Source: Octopus sinensis (taxonomy: Eukaryota). Taken from it: 64,000 nucleotides of DNA. Made by a program: the position numbers and the translations under genes. The stretch is taken from positions 24,676,001-24,740,000 of the forward strand of contig NC_043014.1 of assembly GCF_006345805.1 (NCBI RefSeq), given 5' to 3'. The notes under the pieces are model-generated. The model was not told the origin of the DNA and searched no databases. It worked only from the letters and a program-made list of their open reading frames with translations. Shown here in pieces: positions 36,612-49,907 of the stretch; positions within the stretch are counted from its first letter, which is position 1, and every line of letters begins with the position of its first letter.

Positions 36612-37313
36612 CTACTTTATGTACAAATTTTCTTGATTTGCACATTTTTGCATAGTGTCCTTGTTTCTTGCATTTTTCACATGTCTTGTGATTATAACCA
36701 CAATAGTGACAGTTAGTGACGTAGTGTTGACTTGGCGCTTGAAACTTCGCGGGCTTTCTGTCACTTCCGCCTTTTGATGTCTAGATTGCATATGGCGGGT
36801 TATTCGAGTTTTGGCGCCTTTTCTGTCGTGTTGACTATATACCCTCGAGATTTCGTTATCTCTTGTTTCGGATGTGGCATTTAGCATCCTTGATTGGAGT
36901 CGTGTTTGCTCTGCACTCTGACCTGCTTGAATTGCACTCTGACCTGCTACGTACTCATCGAATTTTTGATGTTCCGCTTGTCCACATGTGAAGAATTTGT
37001 GTCTTAAGAAAGTTATGTTTTTCCTGGGTTCACAATATGCATCGAATTTTTCGATTACTGTCTGAAGGTTCATTTCTTCGTCGGGTGAATCGAAATCCAG
37101 TGTGGAATGGATATCTCGGCCTTTAGAACCGATGCAAGTTAAAAACATTGAAGTTTTTACTTTGTCTGGCTTCATGTCACTTTCTGTTGCTATCAAAAAG
37201 AGATTGAATTCTTTTTTCCAATTTTTCCATGCGGCGGCTAGATTTTCCTGATTAAAGTCTAGGTCTTTTGGATGCGGTAAATTTTCCATTTCGTCTTTGA
37301 AGTATGATTTCAA
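36612..37313 (-). pseudogene. Gypsy gag
   Basis: ENLAAAWKNWKKEF...FLTCIG...RHKFF, typical of Mag-clade gag; appears internally deleted. Confidence 0.8.
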
Positions 37314-37356
37314 CTTCTTTTTTCCTTTGGTTTCTGTATTTTGGGTTCTTTTAGTA

Positions 37357-37367
37357 TTCTGACACCA
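37357..37367 (-). promoter_or_regulatory. Primer-binding site (tRNA-Leu type)
   Basis: Minus strand TGGTGTCAGAA directly after the 5' LTR, complementary to the TTCTGACA-CCA 3' end of tRNA-Leu(CAA). Confidence 0.85.
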
Positions 37368-37605
37368 TGTTGTTGTTATATATATATAATGTATTGAGTA
37401 CTAAAGGAAGTAGTGAGTACTTAGTATGAAAGATTAAGAAAATGAGAGAGACTGAAACAACGTGTTAACGATACAAGATACTTTATTCGACTGCCGTTGT
37501 TGTACAAGTTAATTGTTTTGGCGGGAAACAAAGTGAAAGTCCTTTTATCAAGGGAGACAATGGGCGACGTTGATTGTTCATGTTTGTTGTGATGATTATA
37601 TAACA
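37368..37605 (-). repeat. 5' LTR
   Basis: 238 bp, matches 33352-33587. Confidence 0.95.
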
Positions 37606-37792
37606 GTCCCAACATCACTTGACAACCGATGCTGCTCTGCTTATGTCCCCGTAAATCATCAGTTCGGCAAAAGAGACTGATAGAATAAGTACTAGGCTTA
37701 CAAAGAATAAGCCCTGGTGTCGATTTGCTCGACTAAAGATGGCACTCCAGCATGGCTGCAGTCAAATGGGTGAAACAAGTAAAAGAATAAAA

Positions 37793-37795
<3 letters not shown>
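37606..37795 (+). mobile_element. SINE 3' half
   Basis: gtcccaacatcacttgacaaccgatgct...ggcaaaagagac..tagaataagtactaggc...gaaacaagtaaaaga. Confidence 0.8.
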
Positions 37796-37827
<32 letters not shown>

Positions 37828-37954
37828 TAAAAAAATACAAACTGGGACAAGAACGTGAAACATTTAGAAGATGACACAAAAAACACAGACAGGACATTCG
37901 AAGCCTTCAATCTTCAGTCAAGAACCGGATCATCTTCGCAATTTCGGCTGATTA

Positions 37955-37998
<44 letters not shown>

Positions 37999-38169
37999 TA
38001 TACATATACATACACACAGACACACACGTGTTTGACCGTTAATGACATTCGAAAATTTGCACAGCTAAGCTGAGAATTTCTCTTGTTTCTAATTGCCTGA
38101 TTCATTTTCTCCAAAATAATTCTTTCTTGTTTGCTTTGCTCCCTAAAATGGCTAACCTTGTTTCTTGGC

Positions 38170-38525
38170 TACATTCTTTTCTTCTTTTACTTGTTTCAGT
38201 CATTTGACTGCGGCCATGCTGGATCACCATCTTTTAGTCAAATCGACTCAGGATGTATTTTTTGTAAGCCTAATACTTTTTTTATCGGGCTCTTTTGCTG
38301 AACTCCTAAGTGACGGGGACATAAACACACCAGCATTGGTTGTCAAGCGATGGTGGGGTGACAAATACAGACACACAAACGCACACACACATATGACAGG
38401 CTTCTTTCAGTTACCGTTTACCAAATCCACTCACAAGGCTTTGGTTGACCTGAGGCTATAATAGAAGACACTTGCCCAAGGTGCCACACTGGGACTGAAC
38501 CCAAAACCATGTGGTTGGTAAGCAA
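38170..38525 (-). mobile_element. tRNA-derived SINE
   Basis: Reverse complement of the 10895-11204 family. Confidence 0.82.
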
Positions 38526-38527
38526 GC

Positions 38528-40340
38528 TGCTTTATTAAAAAAAATTTTGCCATAAAGGCATGATACAGAGTAGCTTGCAGGCTAGACAGAAACATTGATG
38601 AGATGAATGATGAAATAAAACGATATTAATGGGAGAAGACAAAAAAACGCCTGCCGCTTTTTTGCTTCTCTAAAACATTATTTTTAACACAAAAAACAAA
38701 CCGAGGTATTGAACCTCTTACTTCCGTTTTACAATTATTGGACTTGATAGTCCATTTACAAATTAAAACATTATTTTTACACGAAAAACAAAACAAGGTA
38801 ATGAATGTCTTACTTCCGTTTTTACCATTTTTGGACTTAATCGTCCTATTACAAATTGAGGCGCTGAGCCTCTTACACACTTAAACATTATAACATTGAG
38901 GCTTTTCAACCTCTTGTCAATTTTCCTCCCCAGCATCACTTGTGCCTGTATACTCCGCCATTAACTACGCCTCGTTTAAAACCAAGGTGGGCTCCAAGTC
39001 GGCGTCGCCCGGCCACAAGCGATATTCCTGTTTGAGTCTCTCTAGCCTACGTATCACGGGCAATATTATGGCCTCCACAGCTATTTGCGGAGGCCATTTG
39101 GGTTCCCGTGTGAAAGTTATAGTGTTTTTCCAGCACCTTTTCTACCTCTCCACCTCTGTAGAAGAAGATCGATAATTTGTCTTCCACAATTCCCACCAAC
39201 AGTGTCTCTTCCTCTGCCGGTGGCACAACCGACAAGGTTACAGCTTCCTCTGTTGGTGGCACGATTCCACCAAAGAGGCCTCGGGACATGCCGGCAGTAC
39301 ACTGCATACCTCTGGCACTGTCCCATTCTATTTTCTCTTTGGTATGGGAGGGGTTGGCTCCTTTGCCATAACTGCAGGAATCTTGCTTCCTCCTACAACC
39401 CCAGGATCCCTCAGAGAGCAACCATTGTTGCTCCCCTTCTTCCTTTTTCTCCCCTTTTTTTCAGGGGAAGTCACTCTCTCCTCCTCCATCTCTCCTTCCA
39501 GAGGAGGAGGGGGAGGAAGTTCTTCCACAACTGACTGCTCCAGGACCCTGCTCTGATCCTTGGGACAGTTCTTCTTAATGTGGCCAAGCTCCAGGCACTT
39601 GGTGGGGCGTCCCTCAAGAATCACCGGATACCTGGACCTGGCTATCTTCAAAAATTCTGGGAACACCAGATCAGCGTCAAAACTGATTTTGACCCCACCC
39701 AATCAGCCACAGGCATCATTTTAACATTCAAGAACTTGGCTCTGCTGCCACCCAGACCCCGGTGGATAGTGTCCTCTATTCACTCGGACTCTATACTGGG
39801 TGGCAGCCCACACACCCAAGCTCTTGTCAATCTTCTGCCTTCATATGCGGAGAGAAAATTCTGTTTCTCCCCAGAGACAGAGCAGAGCAAAGAACAAAGG
39901 AAGACAGTTCCAGCATGGCAAAACAATTCCGCCACTTAGGTAATCCGGGTCCACAGGTAATCCACAAATAATCCAGAGGTAATCCTCCAGAATACTGCTT
40001 CACACAGGTACCCCAGTTCACCATAGCAGCAAAAAAATTCCTCCACGAATGGGTCGAATAAACTTTTCAAATTTTGGTAGCGAGACATGCCCACCAAAAC
40101 AAAACAATTCTCACTGCTAAGTGAGTTACTCAGCGCAACTGCAGCAGACAAATGTTTGAGATCCACTGGGGATTTCTTGTATGAAAAAAGGAAAAACAGT
40201 GTCATACAACAAATTCCCCACTAGGTCCCTTAAAAAAACAAGTGCCTACCTTACAGTCGCACCTCTTCAACAGTTCTTCGATTCAAGACAGCCACCAACA
40301 CACATCTTGACAGTGTTCAATCCAACAAGCATCTAACAAA
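38528..40340 (-). mobile_element. Second gag/ORF1-only element, degenerate
   Basis: VILEGRPTKCLELGHIKKNC (damaged knuckle), Pro/Glu-rich tail, short tandem repeats in the 3' region and a terminal aataaag; no RT. Confidence 0.6.
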
Positions 40341-41204
40341 CGTGCATGCATAAGCAAGCTACTTATCATACAGCCACTCCTGTATTTCTTACTTATTTGC
40401 TCTGTTCCCTAAAATAACTCTCTGTTGTCTGTGGTTGCTTTTGTAAACTGTAAACTGTAAACATTTATATTAATTCACCAAATAACTCCCAAACTGTCAT
40501 TTCTCCTTGACCACATATATATATGTATTTCATACCGTTCTCTAAAATAATTTCTTTCCTGTCTGTATCTCTGTTGTTCCTGGTTGCATTGACTACTCAC
40601 TGCTATTTCTCTTACTCCCCTTAGAGCAAAGTCTGCGATTTTCATCCATTTCTGGCTGTCATCTCAGACTTTCATTAGTTTAATCCATGTGTTTGGCTGT
40701 TTGATGACACTCGAAAATATGCACAGCTAAGCAAAGAATTTCTCTTGTTTTTAATCGCCTCTTTCATTATAATTCATTAACTCTAAAATAATTCTTACTT
40801 GTTTGCTCTGCTCCCAAAAATGACTCTCTCTTGTCTGTGGTTGCACGCAGCCTTTCCCACCCTCACTACCAATACTGGAAATCTCGTTTCTCTTACCAGA
40901 CATTCAGTTGCCCTTCCCCTTTCTCTTTCCACATCTCTGGACTAACTAAACCAGATAGCAGCCCACTTATCCCCTCTCTCTCTCTCTTTTCTTATATCTG
41001 CAGCATCAGTAATGCTTACACCTATAATGCTCATAACGCTTATATTAACAATGCTCCAAACACTCCAGTAGAGGCAATAACCTTAACAATTCTAACATGT
41101 TTGAATGACAGTAGGTTAAAAGCAAGGACGACTATTATGACGACTGTTACCAAACAATCACAGGAACTTTCTTTTCAGGTGCTGAATAACATCTTGCCTT
41201 CCTG

Positions 41205-44200
41205 TGTTACCTCACATCTCTTTCCCAGTTTTCAGAGTTGGCACTGTACATGTAGGCACATTGAAAGGTAGGTCTAGCAAGATTGTAGGGATGCTTGAAT
41301 GGAGATGTGTTGATGTATGTTGTGTACAAGAGGTAAGGTGGAGAAGAGCTTCAGCCACAGTCCTCACAGATAAAGCACATAGGTATAAACTCTTCTGGGA
41401 AGGTAATTATTATGGAATAGGGGGTGTGGGCATATTTCATGCAGAGAAATGGATGGATAAGGTCATAGAGGTAGTCAGGGTGAGCGATAGAGTACTTAAA
41501 CTCAGGCTAGTATTGCAAAATAGTATAGCTATAATTATCTCTGCCTATCCACACGAGTGGGCCTTCCAAATGAACAGAAGTATCATTTTTATGATATTCT
41601 TCTGCAGGCTATGGGCCATGGAGTTGGTACCAGAAAGGAAGAGGGAACTAGGCTCCTGGAGTTCTGCGATGCAAATATCCTATTGATCTGCAACACCAAC
41701 TTCAGGAAGCTAGCTAGTCGCCTGATAACCTATCAATCAGGTGACTCTGCTAGTCAGATTGATTTCAGTCTCACCAGATTGAAATGCATGATTGCTCTTA
41801 AATACAAAGACCCTCTTGGGTGAAAAATGTACCCCCACTGCCAGAATAGACTAGTAATTAGTGACTTCAAACACAAGACCAGAAGGATGTCAAAAAGCAG
41901 ACCAATCTGGAAAAGGACTTGGAAGCTTAAGAACCCTTCACACGGTCAGAGATTTAGGGATATCCTTACTGAAAAATTTGATGGTAGGGAGGGGGAGCTA
42001 CAGCCCTGTGACATAGAAGGCAGCTGGGAATTTCTGCAAGATAGCTTGCTGAGCACCACAGACCAAATCTGTGGCTGGTGCAAAGTCCCTTCCAGACCTA
42101 GGGTAACATGGTGATGTGGAAGAGTGGGGGTAGCAGGAGACTGTATCAGATAGCTAAAAAGAAGTTAGGAGACAGGTATATATAGCCAAGGGAGTGGCAG
42201 AAAAGAAGTTTACCAATATTCAGTGATGTGAAGACCAAAGAACTGAAATATTTCAGATTGCAAGACAATGTGTAAGAGAAAACCATGATTACATAGGAGA
42301 GAAATGTGTCCACATGGCTGATGGTGCCCTTGTGTTTAATGATTCTGCAAAGAAAGAGGCTTAGGGATGCCATTATGAAAGACTGCTGAATGTAGAAAAC
42401 GAATGGGAGGAGGAGAATCTGCCAAAGGTTGACCCAATTGAGGGACTAGCTACCCGAATCAACAATACCCTGGTAGATAAAGTAGTTAAGGATATGATGA
42501 CAGGAAAAGCAACTGGCCCATCAGGAATTACTGCTGAGATGCTTAAAATATTGGGTGGTGTGGGTTATGGTCTTTTCACCTGCATCATAAATCAGGTAGT
42601 TCATGAAGGAGTCATACCCAATGACTGGTGTAGCAGCACCATTGTCAAGTGCTACAAGGGTAAAGGTGATGCTTTACATAGAAATAACTACAGGGTTATC
42701 AAATTATTGGATCAGGTGATGAAAGTTACAGAGAGGGCCATAGCCCAATAATTAGGAGAGAGTTAGCCTAGATGAGATGAAGTTTGGTTTTGTGCCAAGC
42801 AGAAGTACTACTGATGCTATATTTCTGGTAAGGCAACTGCAGGAGAAATATCTAGCCAGAGATAAACCTCTGTACTCGGCATTTGTTGATTTGGAGAAAG
42901 CCTTTGACAGGGTCCCCCAATCCCTTCTGGTGTTGAATGTGGAAACTAGGGATAGATGAGTGGTTAGTAAGAGCTGTATTAGCCCTGTACAGGAATGCTG
43001 CCAATAAGGTGAGGGTTGGCGACAAGTATAGTGAAGAATTCCGTGTAGAAGTAGGGGTTCACCAATGATCAGTCCTCAGCCCACCTCTTATTCATTATAG
43101 TCCTCCAGGCAATAACAGAGGAATTCAAAACAAGCTGCCCCTGCTGATGACCTTGCTCTAATAGCTGAGTCACTGCTAGAACTAGAGATGAAGTTTAGGG
43201 TGTGGAAGCAAGGTCTAGAATCAAAGGATCTTAGGGTTAACTTAGCAAAAACCAAAGTCTTAGTAAGAAGGAAGGCTGACAAATCACAAACCCCTTCAAA
43301 GAGATGACCCTGTTTGATCTGTAGAAAAGACATGAGTAGAACTCCATATGATGTACCTGGTGTAAGCTATCGACACATAAAATGTGCAGCAATATCAAAG
43401 GAAGGTTAACTGGGAAGATAGATTTTGTGTGTGGCAGATGCACAGGGGAAATAAACACTGAAGATGTACAGAAAGCAGATTCCATCACATGCCAGAAGGA
43501 AAAACTAGAAGTAGTTAATAGCTTCTGCCTCCTAGGTGACCAAGTCTGTAGTGGGGTTGGTTGCTCTGAAAGTTTAGCAGCTAGAATAAGAATAGCCTGG
43601 GCAAAGTTCAGGGAGCTCTTACCTCTGCTAGCAACTAAGGGCCTCTTACTCAGGATGACAGATAGACTTTATGATGCATGTGTGTGAACAGCAGTGAAAG
43701 ATGGGCCATGACTGCTGAGGACATGCATAGGCTTGAAAGAAATGAAGCTAGTATAATCTGCTGGATGTGTAATGTCAGTGTATATACACAACAGAGTGTA
43801 AGTGCCCTGAGAGATAAGTTGGACATAAGAAGCATCAGATGTGGTGTGCAAGAGAGACAACTGCACTGGTATGGTCATGTGTTACGTATAGATGAGGATA
43901 GCTGTGTGAGGAAGTGCCACTCCCTAACTGTGGAAGGAACCCAAGAAGACATGGGATGAGGTGGTGAAGCATGACCTTCGAACATTGGGCTTCACAGAGG
44001 CAATGACAGGAAACCGAGACCTTTGGAGAAATGCTGTGATTCAGAAGACCCATTTAAGAGTACCCTTGATGCATCGGGTGATATGATATACTTGAGAAGA
44101 CCTGTTGAGTCAAGTAAAACCAAAATTGTAGCTGTGGCCAGTGTCCCCTGACTGACTCATGTTCCGGTGACATGAAAAAACATCATCCAAATGTGGTTGA

Positions 44201-44490
44201 TGCCAGTGTGCTCTGATTGGCTCCCATGCCTGTGGTACATAAAAAGCACCATCCAAACATGGCCAATGCCAGTACCCCCTGACTGGCTCCCATGCCGGTG
44301 GCATGTAAAAAGCACTATCCGAATGTGATCGATGCCAGTTCTGCCCGACTAGCTCCGGTGCTGGTGGAACATAAAATGCACCCACTACACTCTCAGAGTG
44401 GTTGATGTTAGGAAGGGCATCCAGCCGTAGAAACATTGCCAGATCAAACTGTTCAACCCATGCCAGCATGGAAAAACGGATGATGATGAT
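41205..44490 (+). mobile_element. RTE-clade LINE, near full-length but frameshifted, with repetitive 3' UTR and (GAT)n tail
   Basis: APE motifs (VGTLKGRS...CCVQEVRW...GVGI), RT motifs (KATGPSGITAEML, FVDLEKAFDRVP, ADDL) and C-terminal [12 protein letters not shown]. Confidence 0.92.
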
Positions 44491-44534
44491 ACTTATATGC
44501 ATATATATTTACACACACACACACCACATATATT

Positions 44535-44750
44535 CTTTTATTCTTTTACTTGTTTCAGTCATTTGACTGTGGCCATGCTGGACCATCGCCTTTAGTTGAA
44601 CAAACTGACCCTGGGACTTATTCTTTGTAAGCCTAGTACTTATTCTATTGGTCTTGTTTGCCAAACTGCTATATTATGGGAATGTAAACACACCAGCATC
44701 GGTTGTCAAGCAATGCTAGGGGGACAAACAGACACAAAACATACACACAC
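44535..44750 (-). mobile_element. SINE 3' half
   Basis: ttttacttgtttcagtcatttgactg...caagcaatgctagggggacaaac. Confidence 0.8.
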
Positions 44751-45715
44751 ACACATATACATTTACCAATTTGTGCTGCAAGATTCCTGATGTGAAGAAT
44801 AGAATGGAGTAATTGTAGCAAGTGCACACATGAAATGAAAAGTGTCGCTAAAGTGGTCAATGTGGAGAATAGACATGAGTTAAAATATGAAAAAAAATAA
44901 GAACAGCCATTAATGAGTGAAGAACAAATATATAGTGCGTGTGTTTATTTGTAAAAAAAAATGACCATCCTGAAATACAATATATATGCACACACACACA
45001 CACACACGCATGCACACAATTATAATAGCGTAGAAGTATTTGCCTCTAACATGTTACCCAAAATTCTTTTAAATGCCTATTACTTTCTCTATATTGTATT
45101 TTGGATTTTTAAAAACGTCTTTTTTGTATATTCCATTATTATTTTATCTATATAATATTTTATCATAATAATAATAGATTATTATTATGTTTACATATCT
45201 ATATATCTATATGTCCAAGTATATTTTTAGTATTCATATATTTTTATATTTCTAATATATCAATATATGTTTCAGACATTTTTATCCTAATTCAGATTAT
45301 TTTATCCTAATTAAACCTATATATGTATGTGTTAATTGTAGTCTACCTGATTTGAACCTTTTCGGTTGAATCTATCACACACACACACATATATATATAT
45401 ATATCTGCATGAGTTAGAGGTTAATAAATCATCTAAGGGATATTAAATATCCAATATACTACTGGGTGTATACCTACGTATTTTTAAACAAGTGCTTACT
45501 ATTGCATGGCAATATTGTGATTGAATACTAGGTTTGGGTGGGGATAAATTGGAAATTTACCCAGGATTTATAAGGCAAGTAAAAAAATGGAGAAGATATA
45601 AAATCGACAAATATCAGCCAGTAAAGATTCCATTATATCTATTTATTAAATGATAACAAACATGTGTTTAAGTGGTTGAAGTAAACGAATGAGATCAGCC
45701 AATAAATACGTAAAC

Positions 45716-45762
<47 letters not shown>

Positions 45763-45842
45763 GATAATATCGATATTTAAGTATCCATATTATCTAGTGG
45801 CCAGCATGGGAAAAATACCGTACAAAGGTAATAATTTTTAAC

Positions 45843-46631
45843 AATTAAAAATGAGGGTGTCTAAGAGACACCAACATTCCGAAATAGCAGTCGAAACTCT
45901 GACTATAAAAACCACGTTAAGGGTTCGTGTCGCACCATGAGATAAGACAGATAGACAAAATATACAAGCAAAAATTATTGAATAATTCAAGATCCAGGAT
46001 TTCTGGTTTTGCTTTAAATAAGCTTTACCGTCATCGGTTGAATATATCAAGAGTACATAAATACAGATATATACATGCAGAACAAACGATATACTTACAT
46101 ATACGAACGTCCATACATAAATACATATGCACGTATGCACGCGGCCAGTTAAATTACCCGCCGAATCATCCCAAAGTACGACACGGTTAAAATAAACACC
46201 GCAGTGAAAATACTTTGGATACTTAAATATCGATATTATCCTCATATATAAATATATATAATTCGTTATTATTTTCACTGCGGTGTTTATTTTAACCGTG
46301 TCGTACTTTGGGATGATTTGGCGGGTAATTTAACTGGCCGCGTGCATACGTGCATATGTATTTATGTATGGACGTTCGTATATGTAAGTATATCGTTTGT
46401 TCTGCATGTATATATCTGTATTTATGTACTCTTGATATATTCAACCGATGACGGTAAAGCTTATTTAAAGCAAAACCAGAAATCCTGGATCTTGAATTAT
46501 TCAATAATTTTTGCTTGTATATTTTGTCTATCTGTCTTATCTCATGGTGCGACACGAACCCTTAACGTGGTTTTTATAGTCAGAGTTTCGACTGCTATTT
46601 CGGCATGTTGGTGTCTCTTAGACACCCTCAT

Positions 46632-46639
<8 letters not shown>
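45843..46639. repeat. Fold-back palindrome with 370 bp arms (45843-46212, 46270-46639)
   Basis: Arms are near-identical reverse complements. The spacer contains the reverse complement of 45757-45785. Confidence 0.95.
46439..46497 (+). ncRNA. Type I hammerhead motif (mirror copy on the minus strand at about 45985-46043)
   Basis: ATTCAA-CCGATGA-CGG..gctt/aagc..CCA-GAAA-TCCTGGA-TC-TTGAAT: 6-bp stem I, U4C core variant, AUC cleavage triplet. Confidence 0.6.
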
Positions 46640-46672
<33 letters not shown>

Positions 46673-46719
46673 GATGAATGAATAATAATAGATAAGTGTA
46701 CAGATACAAATCACTTATG

Positions 46720-48100
46720 GCCATTTCTACCATGAGGTCTTCCAAGTCATCTACACTACATGTATGTCCCATCATACCCACATGAGCCAGGATAAACCCC
46801 ATTGTAACTATAATTGTAACTATAATTACTCCATATGGTTACAAAGTTACAATCTTTACAACTTGACAACCTGATAGAATTACAATTGTAATACAACAAA
46901 TGGTTATTTACGCTCCCTAAGTTTTACAGTAACATGAATACCTTCTGCTTATATCCAGAATTGATAATAATCTCAACCTTACTTTTAATGTCTACACATG
47001 GTTTACTCACTAGTTTTGCAATACTCTGTTACCCCACTTTAACTATAGTCTACAAACCTAAATATACTTTAACTCAGAGATGTACACATTAAACCTTATA
47101 TTTCGAAATTTACTCATAAGCTTGGAATTACTATTCAGACCTACCAACCAACACTTCCTAAACACTATTCTAGTATATGTCTTACCTATGCATCTTAGCA
47201 TGATAGCATACTATCAGACTACTCGCCTATGATAGAACCCTTTAGCATCTGTTTATCATTATTTACTTTTCAACTAATCACTTCTCCCTCCATGACTCTC
47301 ATGCAGATAATTACTTGTTGATTGGAAGTGTATTTCTGATATAACTAAATGAAATGCTACTCACATACCTGTAAATACTTCCCATAGCCCACTTGAATAT
47401 CCATGCCTTAAACATTATATTTATATGTATTCTTATAATTATCTCTACTCTTATTTTATTTTATTCTTTTGTTTTACTGGTCTTGTAATTTATTGATAGT
47501 CCTAGTGGCCCTGTTTATAAATGTTATCTGGCCAATTAGGTTGTAGGATTGACTTTGACTTTGCCCCACTATGCATAGGGGTATTGGGATTAGTTTTTGG
47601 CCAATAAGTTACAAATATTAACATCATACTAAGGTTTTATCCAGTTCTTCTTTTTCTTTCATTAACATACTTATGTATTAATTTTCCCCAAACTGTTTCA
47701 ATTTGTTATTTCAGCCAACTCCTTTAATATTGCTATATCTATTAAATAGTATTTAGCCTCTAACCTCTGACCCCTGTAGCATGAACCATACCATTAAACC
47801 CACCACATAGCATACTACATTCACTATTTCCCTCAGAATAATGGAAACACAATGTAAACCGCAGCCTACAGATATATCTCCTGAGAGTGACTTTACTTAC
47901 CACAGCATGGAATACCATGGATTATAATGAAGTTCTTACTTTTCTTTAACATGTCTATTACATTACATTTCATTACATTATATTTTATTTTTACCTATTT
48001 TACTCTATCTTATCTTATTTACCCTACTCTATTATTCTAACTGAATTTCCCACATGCTAGTTTCCTAACATTTGTACTCTGAAGAAACCTTGAGGCTCAA
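46720..48100 (+). mobile_element. Heavily decayed Penelope-like 3' portion
   Basis: Fragments HLHY..SHH.PH, YPELII, IVYKPKYTL and NVNR...LLTTAWNT, followed by the start of a CTGAAGA core at about 48079. Confidence 0.4.
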
Positions 48101-48179
48101 CCATTACCCAATCTCTGTCCAATGTTTGTTCCTACACATAAATATACATACAAGTAACAGATATACCTATAAATCTAAG

Positions 48180-48223
<44 letters not shown>

Positions 48224-49030
48224 GTATACATACACTTTAGTACCTAAATGTACCCTAAAAGAATAGACATACGTATATATCCTCCTACATACAAATATAT
48301 TCCATAAGAAAAAATGAATACTCATCCATATGTACACTCACATACACACCATCAATAAATATGTATAGGTATGGGAAAACTGCACCAATATATATATATG
48401 CACATATATATGTATACATATATACACCTGCATACACATATATACATATATACACAAACGCAAATCCACCCATAAAATCATGAATATACATATAAACATA
48501 CGCAGACATACATGCAGATAGAATTACAATATACATACATAAACCATATATATACAAGTGTGGAGAACTACACCAAATTATATCCGCAAACATTTGTATA
48601 CACATACATACACACACATATATACATATATATATATATATATATAAACATATACACACATATCCACCAGTGAACATATATATATATACACATGAACATA
48701 TGTAAACATACCCACATACACATTCGGAAGTACAGATATACATGCCTGCCCACAGCTTAGCATATACATATATTCATGCATAACCAAACATAGAAGAACA
48801 TATATACATATACATTTATATGTTAAAATAAATTATGAATTATAAATTAAGTACCAGTAACTAAATAAAAAAAAAGAAAGAAAGAAATAAATAAAAAAAA
48901 TATAAAAAATTAAAAAAAGTACAAATAAGTACAAAATAAGTACAAATATGAATATATACATAGAGAACTTAATATTTAAGACTACCAATCAAATACATGG
49001 GAAGACCCACAAGGAAGATATATATACATA

Positions 49031-49287
49031 TCACGTGATCACGTGACCGACCAGACCATCAGATGTTGTTACACATCGCTGGTCACAATGCGTTCGCATT
49101 GTTTTAGCCTTCGAATGACGCCACCCCGCTGGCTAAGCGAGCAGGCCAACAGAAGAAAGAGTGGTGAAGCGTTGTGGAGCTTTTAGGTGTTTTCGCTCAA
49201 TAAACACTCACAACGCCCGGTCTGGGAATCGAAACCGCGATCCTGCGCCTTCGAGTCCACTGCCCTAACCACTGGGCCATTGCGCCT
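49031..49287 (-). mobile_element. tRNA-derived SINE (second family)
   Basis: Minus strand has a tRNA-like head ggcgcaatggcccagtggttagggcagtggactc...ggtttcgattccc (A and B boxes), a non-tRNA body and a (cacgtgat)n end. Confidence 0.8.
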
Positions 49288-49575
49288 CCACATATATATA
49301 TATATACATATACAATCACATATATCCACGTATGTACATTTTCTTGTGGATGTGTGTATGTATGTATATTCTAATATATTGATTTGACTAACTGTAACCT
49401 TATATGTATGTATATTATGTATATTATTATATATTATTATGTATATACTTATATATATATGTAGGTGCATGTGTATATACACTTATATGTATGGGTATAT
49501 TATATATTATATATATGTACTCATTCTTGTATAGGTGTACCTTTTCTTATATTCATATTTGCATTGTACTTTATA

Positions 49576-49698
49576 ATCTCTGAAGAGGCCTTGGGATATA
49601 TATGTATCTCATTTATAACCACATATTAACTTAACACACCTGACTAATATGAGAATAATGAAATACTCATATCTACATGGCTGAAACAGCTGTAAGAT
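49576..49698 (+). ncRNA. Type I hammerhead ribozyme with ~90 nt stem II extension (copy 1)
   Basis: ATCT-CTGAAGA-GGCC...GGCT-GAAA-C-AGCT-GTA-AGAT, with inner helices gtatctcatt/aatgaaatac and catatta/taatatg. Confidence 0.75.
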
Positions 49699-49907
49699 AT
49701 AGTTTATATTTATATTTATATTTATTTATATTTATTTATATATATATTGTATCATATTACTCATTGATGTGCACTGTTTTGTTCTGTATTACTGTGTTTG
49801 ATCTTGATGTTCATATGTAGTTGGTTAATAAATTATGTGAATGGGTATTATCTGGTAGTTGATTATTGATTAAAGTGTATTCCTCCATTTTCTTATTTTG
49901 TATTTAT

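Larger units (their letters stand above)
33352..37605 (-). mobile_element. Near full-length Ty3/Gypsy LTR retrotransposon (Mag-like)
   Basis: Paired LTRs 33352-33587 and 37368-37605, PBS, gag, protease (stop in the DTGA motif), RT-RH, integrase and a PPT at 33588-33596. Confidence 0.97.

Noticed and set aside
48075-48170. CTGAAGA hammerhead start after the PLE relic
   Set aside because: No downstream GAAA or stem III; at most a truncated half.
49230-49287. tRNA genes at SINE heads (also 50250-50307, 57170-57245)
   Set aside because: A/B boxes are present but run into non-tRNA bodies and tails; these are SINEs.
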